Positions 8,870-19,087 of a stretch of DNA of 30,057 nucleotides are shown one piece after another. The position numbers were made by a program, and so were the translations under genes. The DNA is taken from positions 1 through 30,057 of IMG/VR virus record IMGVR_UViG_3300034355_000367; one strand, given 5' to 3'. Below the pieces are notes generated by a model that saw nothing but the letters and a program-made list of their open reading frames with translations, was not told the DNA's origin and ran no database searches. The DNA comes from a virus. Its lineage: Duplodnaviria > Caudoviricetes. Position 1 is the first letter of the stretch. Each line of letters opens with the position of its first letter.

Positions 8870-9508
8870 ATGATTATTGATTTACGTGAAATTCCAACCG
8901 TATGGATTAATTTAGATTCAGCAACTAAAAATGCTGAAATTATGCAAAACAGATTTGAAAAACATGGGTTTCAAAATACTCATAGAAAATCTGGTTTGAT
9001 TATCCCACCTCCAGAAGGAACACCAAGAGATATATATCATTTTATGGGGTGTGGTCAATCACATATTGATATACTTGAATCTTTACAGTATACTACACCT
9101 CTATTAATTTTAGAAGATGATGTGGAATTTGCTGAAAATTTTAATCCAATTATTGATATTCCAGAAGATAGTGATGGAATATATCTTGGTGTATCAAGTG
9201 GAAATAGATATTACGCCTCAAAAAGATATAATGAAAATTATTTAAGAATTGGTGGAATTCTTGCTGCTCATGCAATTTTGTATGTTACTCCCACATATCG
9301 ACAAAATATGGCTGATGTAGGTAATCATTGTCTGCATGTGTTGCAACAACCATGGGATATGGGTACTGCACAGATTCAATTCTATCATAGAGTTTATGCA
9401 ACAAATCAACCAATGTTTTATCAATCAAATGATAGAGAAAATGCTAATAAATGGCAAGGGTTTACTGATTGTGGTTTAGAGGATAGAAATACGGAATTTC
9501 CAATATGA
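8870..9508 (+). CDS. GT25-like glycosyltransferase
   Basis: WINLD, GC..SH..IL, LILEDDV and AHAILY motifs. Confidence 0.75.
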   Translation: MIIDLREIPTVWINLDSATKNAEIMQNRFEKHGFQNTHRKSGLIIPPPEGTPRDIYHFMGCGQSHIDILESLQYTTPLLILEDDVEFAENFNPIIDIPEDSDGIYLGVSSGNRYYASKRYNENYLRIGGILAAHAILYVTPTYRQNMADVGNHCLHVLQQPWDMGTAQIQFYHRVYATNQPMFYQSNDRENANKWQGFTDCGLEDRNTEFPI

Positions 9509-10293
9509 TTACGTATAACCATATGGGTATGTATGGACGTATGGGAAACCAAATGTTTCAATACGCAACCCTATATTCAATAGCAAAAACTAGAGGATAT
9601 GAATTTGGTGTTCCATATTCATTAAAATCTTCTAATCCATATATTAATTTTTGTTTAAATGATGCTTTTAATAATCTTACTGCACAAGATAGTAGTAATA
9701 TTCTTAATCCAAATAGAGCACAAGAAAGAAATTTTACATATAATGCTGGTATATTTGGTATTCCTGATCACACTGATATCATAGGTTATTTTCAAAGTGA
9801 AAAATATTTTATTGATTATCGACAAGATTTATTAAAAGAATTTGAATTTACTCCAGAAATTAAAATTCAAGCAGAAATAATACGGCAAATTGGTAAAAAA
9901 TTAGCAGTTGCACTACATATACGGTTAGGTGATTATACTAATTTAACAGATAAACATCCTATTTGTACTATGGAATATTATGAAGAGGCATTAAATCAAA
10001 TTCCAGATAATGCTTTTCTTTATATTATTAGTGACGATAATGAAAAAGCTGCAGAACTATTTAAAGATTTAAAAAGACCTTTTTGTATTCCTGATACAAA
10101 AAATCAAAACATTGATATATGTTTAATGACTATGTGCGATTATCATATAATTGCAAACAGTTCTTTTAGTTGGTGGGGTGCATGGTTGAGCGAAAGTAAA
10201 CAAGTGATTGCTCCTAGTAAATGGTTTGGAGAATCACCAGATATGCCAAAAAATTGGTCAGATATTTATTGCAAAGATTGGATTATAATATAA
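9505..10293 (+). CDS. GT11 alpha-1,2-fucosyl/colitosyl-transferase
   Basis: GRMGNQMFQYA, GYFQSEKYF, HIRLGDY, SDD and IIANSSFSWWGAWL. Confidence 0.93.
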   Translation: MITYNHMGMYGRMGNQMFQYATLYSIAKTRGYEFGVPYSLKSSNPYINFCLNDAFNNLTAQDSSNILNPNRAQERNFTYNAGIFGIPDHTDIIGYFQSEKYFIDYRQDLLKEFEFTPEIKIQAEIIRQIGKKLAVALHIRLGDYTNLTDKHPICTMEYYEEALNQIPDNAFLYIISDDNEKAAELFKDLKRPFCIPDTKNQNIDICLMTMCDYHIIANSSFSWWGAWLSESKQVIAPSKWFGESPDMPKNWSDIYCKDWIII

Positions 10294-10333
10294 TGTTATT
10301 TTATATTACAGAATATATATCTGGAATTAACTC

Positions 10334-11212
10334 ATGAGACGATTTAATGCTACATCTATAACAGACCCTGTAACGTGGGATGGTTGGTCTAACCATGGAG
10401 TATATGAATGGTTAAAAAATAATTTAGAAATAAATAATCAAATTATGAATTTAATTATTGATAATACAATAATTTCAGATTATCATGATAATGAAGAATG
10501 TTATGCAATTTTAATAGAATCTCCAGATATTATTGAATGGTATCATCAAAATGTCTTTAAAGTAACAGAAAAAAGTTTTTTTGAAATTCTTTCTGAAAAA
10601 ATGATTACAGGTAATCATAAATTTAAAAAATTGTATACTTTTGATAAAAGATATGATGGACTACCCAATACAGTAATAATGGGACAAACATGTTTTCCTA
10701 CTATATCAAATGATAAAATGGATTTGTATACAAACGAAAAAACAAATCTTTTAACATTTATAACAACTAATAAAACAATGACAACGCTTCATAAATTTAG
10801 AGTTTCATTGGCACACAGTTTAATAGAAAAGGGGATACAAGTATTTGGGCATGGTTATAAATCAATAACTTGTAAGTCTGAAGTTCTCAAAAACACAATG
10901 TTTTGTTATGCAATTGAAAATGGAATATATAGAGGATATCATACAGAAAAAGTTATGGATTGTTTTGTGACTGGATGTATACCAATTTATATCGGGGATC
11001 CAGACATAGGTAATCATTATGACACTAGAGGTATGATTATTTTTAAAAATACTGAAGAAATGATAAATACAACAATTGAACTTTCAAAGGATTTATATTA
11101 TCAAATGCTACCATATATTCAAAGAAACTTTGAAATAGCTACTAAAGAATATACTCCATCTTTTGAAAAATGTGTAAAATTAATTTATGAGGATATGAAT
11201 CACAATGCTTAA
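10334..11212 (+). CDS. GT10 alpha-1,3/1,4-fucosyltransferase-like protein
   Basis: C-terminal K..VL...MFCYAIENG...GYHTEKVMDCF.TGCIPIYIG matches the GT10 donor-binding motif. Confidence 0.82.
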   Translation: MRRFNATSITDPVTWDGWSNHGVYEWLKNNLEINNQIMNLIIDNTIISDYHDNEECYAILIESPDIIEWYHQNVFKVTEKSFFEILSEKMITGNHKFKKLYTFDKRYDGLPNTVIMGQTCFPTISNDKMDLYTNEKTNLLTFITTNKTMTTLHKFRVSLAHSLIEKGIQVFGHGYKSITCKSEVLKNTMFCYAIENGIYRGYHTEKVMDCFVTGCIPIYIGDPDIGNHYDTRGMIIFKNTEEMINTTIELSKDLYYQMLPYIQRNFEIATKEYTPSFEKCVKLIYEDMNHNA

Positions 11213-12425
11213 TACTAAAATAAAAATATTAGATGAAAAAATTAAAAAATCTTTAGAAGATACCGAACCAAATTGTAATATATTTACAAATATGGATATT
11301 GGTTCTGGTTATGAAATGGAAATAGATAGAAGATGTGGTAAAGATATAAATTATGACCGCGATGTTATGAAAAAATTTTTGTTTATAATGTGGAGATCTT
11401 TAAAATTTTCAGAAGAAACCTATAATAAAGTGTATGCTTCTCTTGATTTTAATGATTTTATAGAAATAAAAAATAATCAAATAGATTATGCTTCAATTAT
11501 TAAAAATTGTAAACATTATACAAATTGTTATAAAAAACCAAAATATAATCTTATAATTCCAGTAAAAAATAGAGAAGATCATTTAAAAACATTTTTAAAA
11601 AATGCTATTCACTTGTTTAAATCCAATCCAGATTGGTGTCTTACAATTATTTTTCAAGAAGATAACACAGAAAATTTTGAAAAAACTTTATCTCTTGTAT
11701 CTGATTGTCCAAATGTTCATGTTATTGATATGCCACATAATGATGAATTTATTTTACAATATGGGAATAACATGAACAGATCATTGTGTTATAATGTAGC
11801 ATCTATGTTTGTAGAATGCGACTTTCAAATAAATCATGATGTAGATCTTTTATTTGGACAAAATTATATTGATAATATAGAAAGAAAAACAAAAAATGAA
11901 TCTTTTATGTGGTTACAACCATATAGAGGAAGTAGAGTTATTTCTTTAACTGATGAACAAACAAAATATTTTAAAAGTGAAATAGAAAAGGGAAATTCAC
12001 TTCCAATTCATATAATAGATATTCCCCCAACCAGAAATACTCCATATGCAGTAGGTTCAACTGGTGGATCTATTGTAGTAAAATATGAAGTATTTAAAGA
12101 AATTGGAGGATATGATCCTGAAATTGTTTGGGGATATGCTCCAGAGGATATTATTTTTTGGTTAAAATTAGAAATTTATTTTAAAACGTATAAATATACA
12201 GAACAATATAAGTCAGAACCATTTTTTTCTAATACTGTATTTTCACACGATACAGATGTTGAATTGTTTCATATGTATCATCCGTTAACAGAAACAGATA
12301 AAAGATATCCATATTTTCCTTTATTTATTTCTAATTGGCTTATGAATGTTGCAACAGAAGAAGAACACAAAAAATGGTTGGAGGTTTCACGTGAAAAATT
12401 TTACAATAATGATGCTGGGATATAA
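11205..12425 (+). CDS. GT7/GT2-like (galactosyltransferase C-terminal-like) glycosyltransferase with N-terminal extension
   Basis: IIPVKNREDHL, NRSLCYNVA, HDVDL (DxD), GGSI and IGGYDP..WGYAPED. Confidence 0.78.
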   Translation: MLNTKIKILDEKIKKSLEDTEPNCNIFTNMDIGSGYEMEIDRRCGKDINYDRDVMKKFLFIMWRSLKFSEETYNKVYASLDFNDFIEIKNNQIDYASIIKNCKHYTNCYKKPKYNLIIPVKNREDHLKTFLKNAIHLFKSNPDWCLTIIFQEDNTENFEKTLSLVSDCPNVHVIDMPHNDEFILQYGNNMNRSLCYNVASMFVECDFQINHDVDLLFGQNYIDNIERKTKNESFMWLQPYRGSRVISLTDEQTKYFKSEIEKGNSLPIHIIDIPPTRNTPYAVGSTGGSIVVKYEVFKEIGGYDPEIVWGYAPEDIIFWLKLEIYFKTYKYTEQYKSEPFFSNTVFSHDTDVELFHMYHPLTETDKRYPYFPLFISNWLMNVATEEEHKKWLEVSREKFYNNDAGI

Positions 12426-13134
12426 TTCAGTTGATTGGATAAGAAAATCAGTAGAAAGTGCATTAAAACAAAATTATACAAATTTTCAAGTAATTGCAGT
12501 AGACGCACATACTAATGATGGTACATATGAAATATTAAAAGAATATGAATCTGATTCAAGATTTAAATTAATAAGAAATGATGAACGCAAGTATGTTTCA
12601 GAAAATGTATGTATTGCAGTAGATAATGCTCCAGATGACAGTATAATGTGTGCTTTGGATTTTGATGATTGGTTGTTACGAGACGATGTACTTTCTATTT
12701 TAAATGATACATATAATGAAGATGTATGGATGACATATGGAAATTATGTTGATTACTATTCTAAAAATTTAACAGTAGATCATAGAGCGTTAAGTGATTA
12801 TCCAAAAGATATAGTTGAGAATAATAAATTTAGATCAGATAAATGGAGATCAACGCATTTACGAACGTTTAAAAAAAGCCTATTTCAAAAAATAAATAGA
12901 AAAGATTTTATAGATCCAGTAACTGGAACCTGGTATAAAATGTCAGGTGATATGGGATATATGTTTCCGATGTTAGAAATGGCTGGACACCGCCACAAAT
13001 TTATTTCTACTATTCTTTATAGTTACAATAAAACTAATCCAATTAATGATGATAAAGTATCATTAGATGAACAACTAAGATGTGAATTTTCAATAAGAAA
13101 TTCTCCTATTTACTCAAAAATTGAATCATTATAA
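12391..13134 (+). CDS. GT2 family glycosyltransferase
   Basis: YNS..WI.KSVESALKQNY.NF.VI.VD...DGT and LDFDDWL. Start reassigned to the GTG at 12391 because GGAGG lies at 12380-12384. Confidence 0.88.
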   Translation: MKNFTIMMLGYNSVDWIRKSVESALKQNYTNFQVIAVDAHTNDGTYEILKEYESDSRFKLIRNDERKYVSENVCIAVDNAPDDSIMCALDFDDWLLRDDVLSILNDTYNEDVWMTYGNYVDYYSKNLTVDHRALSDYPKDIVENNKFRSDKWRSTHLRTFKKSLFQKINRKDFIDPVTGTWYKMSGDMGYMFPMLEMAGHRHKFISTILYSYNKTNPINDDKVSLDEQLRCEFSIRNSPIYSKIESL

Positions 13135-13140
13135 AAATTT

Positions 13141-14094
13141 ATGAAAAGAATAATTATATTAAACACACCAGAAGTACCAATTTTTGGAACACATTTATTT
13201 CATGTAAAAAAATTATGTGAAGGATTTAAATGGAATGGAATTGATGTTATTGAAATTAATACTCTAGAAAGCTTATATTCTATTAATTTAAATGATAAAG
13301 ATTTTGTATATCTGTCAAATTATATTATAAACAGAACTGATGATCCAATATTTTCAACATGTGTAAAATCAAATGATTTAATTGAAAAATTATTTAATTA
13401 TTTTTTTGAAACAAAATGTATTCCTATATTTTGGTTTTGGCATTCTTTTATAGATAATCAACTTATGAGTATATTGCATAATCGATATATTCTTACAGGT
13501 GAGCATTTTAGATCAAAACCACAATCCTTATCACATTTAAAAGCATGGGATCTTCAGAATAAAATACATAATTATGTACCATCTACTTTTTCTGCTGCAA
13601 TACATCCTGATAAAATTGGAACTTTTACTAGAAATAAAAAATCTTTAAGTAATTTTGTAGGATGTTCATACAAAACAGAATGGTTGAATAAATTAATGTT
13701 AAGAGATAATGAAGTCCATTCTATATTAATAACACCACCCTTTATTTCAGAAGAAAAAAGGGTAAATTCTTTTTTAGATTCAGTTACTTCATTGGGGTTT
13801 CATGCTGAAGCAAATATAACTAATAATGTTGTTGTTGAAAGAGTATTTGAAGGTTTAGCATACGGAAATGTAGTTATTTCTGATAATCCTTGTTGCACAA
13901 ATATGACTGATGGTATTATTGAATACGTTAATTCTTATGAGAGTCTTATTGACTTAATACATAAAGCGTGGTATAATAAAGATTATCGAATTAACAAACA
14001 AGAAATGGGAATGAAATGGTGTAAACAATATGGAACATACAAACCAGTTGCTTATAATTTTATACAAAAAGCAGATGAAATAAATGTATATTAA
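13141..14094 (+). CDS. GT-B glycosyltransferase, CgeB/YkvP-like
   Basis: C-terminal SLGFH...ERVFEGLAYGNVVISD motif, within the GT cluster. Confidence 0.7.
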   Translation: MKRIIILNTPEVPIFGTHLFHVKKLCEGFKWNGIDVIEINTLESLYSINLNDKDFVYLSNYIINRTDDPIFSTCVKSNDLIEKLFNYFFETKCIPIFWFWHSFIDNQLMSILHNRYILTGEHFRSKPQSLSHLKAWDLQNKIHNYVPSTFSAAIHPDKIGTFTRNKKSLSNFVGCSYKTEWLNKLMLRDNEVHSILITPPFISEEKRVNSFLDSVTSLGFHAEANITNNVVVERVFEGLAYGNVVISDNPCCTNMTDGIIEYVNSYESLIDLIHKAWYNKDYRINKQEMGMKWCKQYGTYKPVAYNFIQKADEINVY

Positions 14095-14139
14095 AATAAG
14101 TAACTTACACATATATTCTAAACAATTGGAAAAACTCAT

Positions 14140-14907
14140 ATGATTATTAAAGATGCCATTATACCATTTCACCCAAAAGATATTTCAACTTTACCTATGT
14201 GTTGTGAATCTTTAAAAAATATTTTAAATGTTGAACGAATTATATTAATTTCATCAATAAATCCAAATATTAATGGAACCCAATTTATTAATGAAAAAGA
14301 TATATCTGAAATAATTTCATTACCACAGTTAACTCAAATTTGGAATGAAAAAAATCCAAATCTATCCTATAGAAGTGGTTGGATATACCAACAACTTATA
14401 GAATTAGCAGTTCCACAAATTATAACTGATGTATCAGATGATTATATTGTATGTGATTCAGATATTGTATTTTTAAATAACCCATATAATGAAGTTTTAA
14501 ATAATATTTTTCCTTTTAATAGTGCTTTTAATGGAGAATATCATTTACCATATAGATGTACTTATGAAAGGTTAATGAAAGAACCAGCAAAATCTGGTAT
14601 TTCATTTATAAACCATCATTTAGTTACTAATAAAAATTATTTAGCAGAATTAAAGTTACTAATTGAAAGTAGAAACGGTAAACGATGGGATATTGCTTTA
14701 ATCGAATCATTGGATTATTTTGAAGGATCTGGATTTGCATCTGATGATTTATATGGTGATTGGATGTTTACTTATCATCCTGATAAAATGTTACAGATTC
14801 CAATAAAAATTTTGGATATATCTCATATTCCTTCTCCACATGATCTTATACATTTAACTGAAAGTGGTTTTCATATTGTTAGTTCACAGGAATACAAAAG
14901 AGGATAA
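14140..14907 (+). CDS. DUF6492-like nucleotide-diphospho-sugar transferase
   Basis: RSGWIYQQLI.L and YIVCDSDIVF (DxD). Confidence 0.62.
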   Translation: MIIKDAIIPFHPKDISTLPMCCESLKNILNVERIILISSINPNINGTQFINEKDISEIISLPQLTQIWNEKNPNLSYRSGWIYQQLIELAVPQIITDVSDDYIVCDSDIVFLNNPYNEVLNNIFPFNSAFNGEYHLPYRCTYERLMKEPAKSGISFINHHLVTNKNYLAELKLLIESRNGKRWDIALIESLDYFEGSGFASDDLYGDWMFTYHPDKMLQIPIKILDISHIPSPHDLIHLTESGFHIVSSQEYKRG

Positions 14908-14912
14908 TTAAT

Positions 14913-16061
14913 ATGAATATTAAATTAGTAAAAGATACTATAAGTAATGGTGAAATTGATGATCTTTGTAAATGGTTATCAACATATCCAAAATTAACAA
15001 AAGGATTATTAACAGAAGAGTTTGAACAAAAATGGTCTGAGTGGCAAGGAACCAAATATTCAGTATTTTTAAATTCTGGTTCTTCAGCTAATTTAGCTAT
15101 GTTGTATGCATTAAAAATATCTAATAGATTAAAAAATAATAAAATCATTTTACCATGTGTATCTTGGGTGACCACAATAAGTCCAGCAATTCAATTTGGA
15201 ATGGAACCCATATTATGCGATACAGATATAGAAACACTTGGACTAGATATTGAATGTTTAGAAAAACTTTGTAAAGAAAATAATCCAGCATGTATAATGC
15301 TAGTACATGTATTAGGAATACCAAATAAATTAAAAGAAATAAAAGATATTTGTAAAAAGTATGATATAATACTACTAGAAGATTCTTGTGAAAGTGTTGG
15401 ATCTATAATTGATAATAAAAAAACTGGAACTTTTGGTTTAATGTCTTCATTTTCTACTTATTATGGTCACCACCTTTCAACTATTGAAGGTGGATTTGTT
15501 TGTACCGATGATCATGAACTTTATGAAATATTAAAATCAATTAGATCACATGGTTGGAGTAGGGATTTATCGGAAAAAACTAAAAAGAATTTACAAATGA
15601 ATCATGATATAGATGATTTTAAAAATCTTTATACTTTTTATTATCCGGGTTTTAATTTAAGAGCAACTGAGGTTCAAGCTTTTTTAGGAATTAATCAATT
15701 AAAAACTGTAGATACAAAAAATAATAAAAGATATAAAAATTTGTTAAAATATGATGAATTGATAGAAAATAGTTACTGGAAATACAAACCTTCAGGTTTT
15801 GTTAGTAATTTTGCATATCCAATAATACACCCATTAAAAAGTAAATTAGTAGAATCTCTTATAAAGGCTAAAATTGAATGTAGACCATTAATATGTGGTA
15901 GTATGTCTAGACAACCTTTTTATTATAAAAAATACGGATTTAAAATGTATCCATTTTCAGATATAATACATGATTATGGATTGTATCTACCAAATAACCC
16001 TGATATGTCAGAAAATGAAATAGAATATGTTGCAAATATAGTTAATGAAAATATAAACTGA
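14913..16061 (+). CDS. colD: GDP-4-keto-6-deoxy-D-mannose 3-dehydratase (ColD-type, DegT/DnrJ/EryC1 fold)
   Basis: NSGSSANL, EDSCES, SSFSTYYGHHLSTIEGG (His where aminotransferases have the PLP Lys), RSHGWSR and PGFNLR. 382 aa, with no E1-type Cys cluster. Confidence 0.82.
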   Translation: MNIKLVKDTISNGEIDDLCKWLSTYPKLTKGLLTEEFEQKWSEWQGTKYSVFLNSGSSANLAMLYALKISNRLKNNKIILPCVSWVTTISPAIQFGMEPILCDTDIETLGLDIECLEKLCKENNPACIMLVHVLGIPNKLKEIKDICKKYDIILLEDSCESVGSIIDNKKTGTFGLMSSFSTYYGHHLSTIEGGFVCTDDHELYEILKSIRSHGWSRDLSEKTKKNLQMNHDIDDFKNLYTFYYPGFNLRATEVQAFLGINQLKTVDTKNNKRYKNLLKYDELIENSYWKYKPSGFVSNFAYPIIHPLKSKLVESLIKAKIECRPLICGSMSRQPFYYKKYGFKMYPFSDIIHDYGLYLPNNPDMSENEIEYVANIVNENIN

Positions 16062-16068
16062 GGATAAT

Positions 16069-17010
16069 ATGGAAAAAAATTCAAAAATTTTTGTAGCCGG
16101 TCATAATGGATTAGTTGGTTCTGCTTTAGTGAGAAAATTAAAAAATGAGGGATATGACAATATAATAACACGATCCAAAAGTGAATTAGATCTTAGAGAT
16201 CAATTATCTGTATCATATTTCTTTTCTAAAGAAAAACCCGAATATGTTTTTTTGAGTGCAGCTAAAGTTGGTGGTATAGGATGGAATCAACAATGTCCTG
16301 CAGATTTTATATATGATAACTTACAAATACAGAATAACGTTATTCACTATTCTTATATAAACAATGTAAAAAAATTATTATTTTTGGGTTCGGCGTGTAT
16401 ATATCCTAAAATCACACCACAACCTATAAAAGAAGAATATCTTTTGACCAGTGAACTTGAACCAACAAATGAAGGTTATGCTTTATCTAAAATTGTTGGT
16501 TTAAAGATGTGTCAGTATTATAGTAAACAATATGGATTTAATGCTATCTCTTTAATGCCAACAAATTTATATGGTAATAATGATAATTTTAATATTGAAA
16601 AATGTCATGTGATTCCTGCAATGATACGAAAATTTATTGATGCTAAAGAATCAAATAAAACCAGTGTTACATGTTTTGGAGATGGAACTCCAACAAGAGA
16701 ATTTTTATATTCTGATGATCTTGCAGATGCTTGTTTATTTTTAATGAATAGTTACGATTCATCTGATATAATAAATGTAGGATCTAATGAAGAAATCACT
16801 ATTAAAACTTTAGCAGAAACAATTAAAAAACATGTTGGATATTCTGGAGAAATATTATGGGATTCAAGTAAACCAAATGGAACGCCACTAAGAAAAATAT
16901 GTAATAAAAAAATAAATAATTTAGGATGGTATTCTCAGACATCTCTAGATAATGGAATAAAATCAACAATAGATTGGTTTAATAAAAATTACCAAAAGGC
17001 AAGAAAATAA
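16069..17010 (+). CDS. fcl: GDP-L-fucose synthase / GDP-colitose synthase (Fcl/ColC family)
   Basis: AGHNGLVGSA, AAKVGGI, LGSACIYPK, YALSK, PTNLYG, HVIPAM and GDGTPTREFL. Confidence 0.95.
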   Translation: MEKNSKIFVAGHNGLVGSALVRKLKNEGYDNIITRSKSELDLRDQLSVSYFFSKEKPEYVFLSAAKVGGIGWNQQCPADFIYDNLQIQNNVIHYSYINNVKKLLFLGSACIYPKITPQPIKEEYLLTSELEPTNEGYALSKIVGLKMCQYYSKQYGFNAISLMPTNLYGNNDNFNIEKCHVIPAMIRKFIDAKESNKTSVTCFGDGTPTREFLYSDDLADACLFLMNSYDSSDIINVGSNEEITIKTLAETIKKHVGYSGEILWDSSKPNGTPLRKICNKKINNLGWYSQTSLDNGIKSTIDWFNKNYQKARK

Positions 17011-17576
17011 TGATTTCATATTCGCAACCAGGATCAAAACAAGACTTATGGGTACTAAAAACTCTTAATAATCAAAAAAATGGAATTTTTATAGATATTG
17101 GTTGTGCTACTCCATTTTATTTAAGTAATACTGCTTCTTTAGAAAAATATCATAATTGGACTGGACTTGCTTTTGATATTAATTTTTCTAATTCTGATTA
17201 TATTAATAGTGATTTAAATGAATATAGGGGAACTGAATATAATAATTGGAATTTATCAAGAAAAAACACAAAAACATATGAAGGAAATGCTTTAACTTTT
17301 GATTATTTAAAAATTTTTAAAGAAAATAATATTCCTCCAATTATTGATTATTTGTCAATTGATTTAGAGCCACCTGAAGTTACTTTAGAAGCATTTAAAA
17401 AATTACCACATGATGTATATAAATTTAAAACAATAACATTTGAGCATGATGCATATGCACGATCAAAAGAATGGTTAGATCAAACTAGAACTATTATAAC
17501 AAGTTATGGTTATCTATTGGTAGAAACTACAGAACAAGATGATTTTTATATATTATCTGCACAACAATTAAAATGA
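17010..17576 (+). CDS. FkbM-like SAM-dependent methyltransferase
   Basis: YSQ...QDLWV, FIDIGC, SNT..LE, IDYLSIDLEP and ITFEHD. Confidence 0.75.
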   Translation: MISYSQPGSKQDLWVLKTLNNQKNGIFIDIGCATPFYLSNTASLEKYHNWTGLAFDINFSNSDYINSDLNEYRGTEYNNWNLSRKNTKTYEGNALTFDYLKIFKENNIPPIIDYLSIDLEPPEVTLEAFKKLPHDVYKFKTITFEHDAYARSKEWLDQTRTIITSYGYLLVETTEQDDFYILSAQQLK

Positions 17577-18478
17577 ATTACTTAATAACAGGTGGATGTG
17601 GTTTTATCGGTTCACATATTGTTGATAGGCTAATAAATGAAGGTCATAAAGTTACAGTGATCGATAATTTATCTTCTGATGCACATGAGAAATTTTATTA
17701 TAATTTCAAAGCATCATACTATCATTATAGTGTAATTGATTATGAACAATGTGCTGATGTATTTAATAAGACTAAACCAGATTATGTCTTGCACTTGGCA
17801 GCAGAAGCACGTATTCAAAATTGTATAGCAGACCCAACTTTAGCATTTCAAACCAATTTAACTGGAACGCTTAATATTCTTGCTTTAGCTAAAAAGTATA
17901 AAGTAAAACGACTGGTTCTTTCTACTACTTCTGCAATATATGGTTTAACTAATACAGGGTTGTTAAACGAAGAAATGTCACCAGATTGCTTAAATGCTTA
18001 TTCTTTGAGTAAATATCAAGCTGAACAAGTTTGTAAAATGTATAGTAACATGTATAATTTAGACACAGTTTGCTTACGTTATTTTAATGTATATGGTCCA
18101 CACCAACCAACAAAAGGTCCATATGCTCCTGTAATTGGTGTATTCAGCAGACAAAAACAAGCAGGACAAAAGTTAACTATTGTTGGAGATGGTAAGCAAA
18201 CTAGAGACTATGTTCACGTATCTGATGTAGTTGATGCAAATATAAAGGCAGCAATTCATTCTAATAAATTAAATGGAGAAGTTTTTAATGTTGGAACTAG
18301 TAAAAATTATTCTGTAAACTGGATAGCATCTCAGATTGAAAATAATCCTAATAATATAATGTATATACCACCAAGAGTAGGAGAAGTTCATGATACGATT
18401 GCAGATAATTCAAAAATTATTACTACTTTAAATTGGACTCCTACAATTAGTTTAGATGAATATATTAAATGTATTTAA
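17573..18478 (+). CDS. NAD-dependent NDP-sugar epimerase (GalE/WbpP-like SDR)
   Basis: TGGCGFIGSH, HLAA, YSLSK, RYFNVYGP and GDGKQTRDYVHV. Confidence 0.92.
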   Translation: MNYLITGGCGFIGSHIVDRLINEGHKVTVIDNLSSDAHEKFYYNFKASYYHYSVIDYEQCADVFNKTKPDYVLHLAAEARIQNCIADPTLAFQTNLTGTLNILALAKKYKVKRLVLSTTSAIYGLTNTGLLNEEMSPDCLNAYSLSKYQAEQVCKMYSNMYNLDTVCLRYFNVYGPHQPTKGPYAPVIGVFSRQKQAGQKLTIVGDGKQTRDYVHVSDVVDANIKAAIHSNKLNGEVFNVGTSKNYSVNWIASQIENNPNNIMYIPPRVGEVHDTIADNSKIITTLNWTPTISLDEYIKCI

Positions 18479-18483
18479 TTATC

Positions 18484-18511
18484 TTGCAATACCTTAAATA
18501 TAGGATATAAT
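18484..18511 (+). promoter_or_regulatory. Sigma70-type promoter for gp55
   Basis: TTGCAA (18484-18489), 16 nt, TATAAT (18506-18511), 6 nt, then GTG at 18518. Confidence 0.78.
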
Positions 18512-18517
18512 ATATCT

Positions 18518-19087
18518 GTGAAAAACCCTCGTAAAAAGAAAGCATCATCAGACGCAGATTACGTAAGTAATACTGACCTATACGCTGCTTTGATTGATTA
18601 TCGTAAAAAGACTGATGAAGCAGAGAATGCTGGAAGAAAAAAACCCAAGTTACCAGATTTTATTGGTGAATGTATTTTAAAGATAGCATCTAGACTTTCA
18701 TATCGTCCTAATTTTGCAAATTACCCATATAGAGAAGAGATGGTATCAGATGCCGTTTTAAACTGTATAACCTATATTGGTAATTTTGATCCAGCAAAGT
18801 CAACCAGCCCGTTTGGTTATTTAACCCAAATATGCTGGTTTTCTTTTGTTCGTATTATAAACAAAGAAAAGAAAGAAAAATATACTCAATACAAATATGC
18901 TGAACAACAAAATGATAAAGATTTTCATCATTGGTTCAATAAAGTATATGCTGGTGTTGATATTGGTCGTAGAGATTTCTTTGGACTTACAGACTTAGAT
19001 ATGGATAGATTTGATATTATGTGTACCCCAAAGAAAACTAAAGGCAAACGAACTCGCAAATCTAAAAAACCAACATTAGACATATGA
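18518..19087 (+). CDS. gp55: Late transcription sigma factor
   Basis: YVSN, PDFIGECILKIA.RLSYRPNF.NY.YREEM.SD and NFDPAKS.SPFGYLTQI. Confidence 0.96.
   Translation: MKNPRKKKASSDADYVSNTDLYAALIDYRKKTDEAENAGRKKPKLPDFIGECILKIASRLSYRPNFANYPYREEMVSDAVLNCITYIGNFDPAKSTSPFGYLTQICWFSFVRIINKEKKEKYTQYKYAEQQNDKDFHHWFNKVYAGVDIGRRDFFGLTDLDMDRFDIMCTPKKTKGKRTRKSKKPTLDI

Noticed and set aside
12346-12390. ORF-track start for the GT2 gene
   Set aside because: It gives a long overlap with the upstream gene. The GTG at 12391 has a GGAGG SD and begins the GT2 fold.
14084-14143. 19-codon mini-ORF (MYIKISNLHIYSKQLEKLI) bridging two island genes
   Set aside because: Too short and lacking an SD. It could be chance or a gene remnant and cannot be supported.
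14913-16061. Perosamine synthase or CDP-sugar E1 dehydrase
   Set aside because: His replaces the catalytic Lys, and the Fe-S cysteine segment and extra length of E1 are absent.
8870-18478. DNA hypermodification (glucosyl-hmC-like) system
   Set aside because: No thymidylate-synthase-like, hydroxymethylase or DNA glucosyltransferase gene is recognisable, and the families are cell-surface glycan types. Genes outside the window cannot be excluded.
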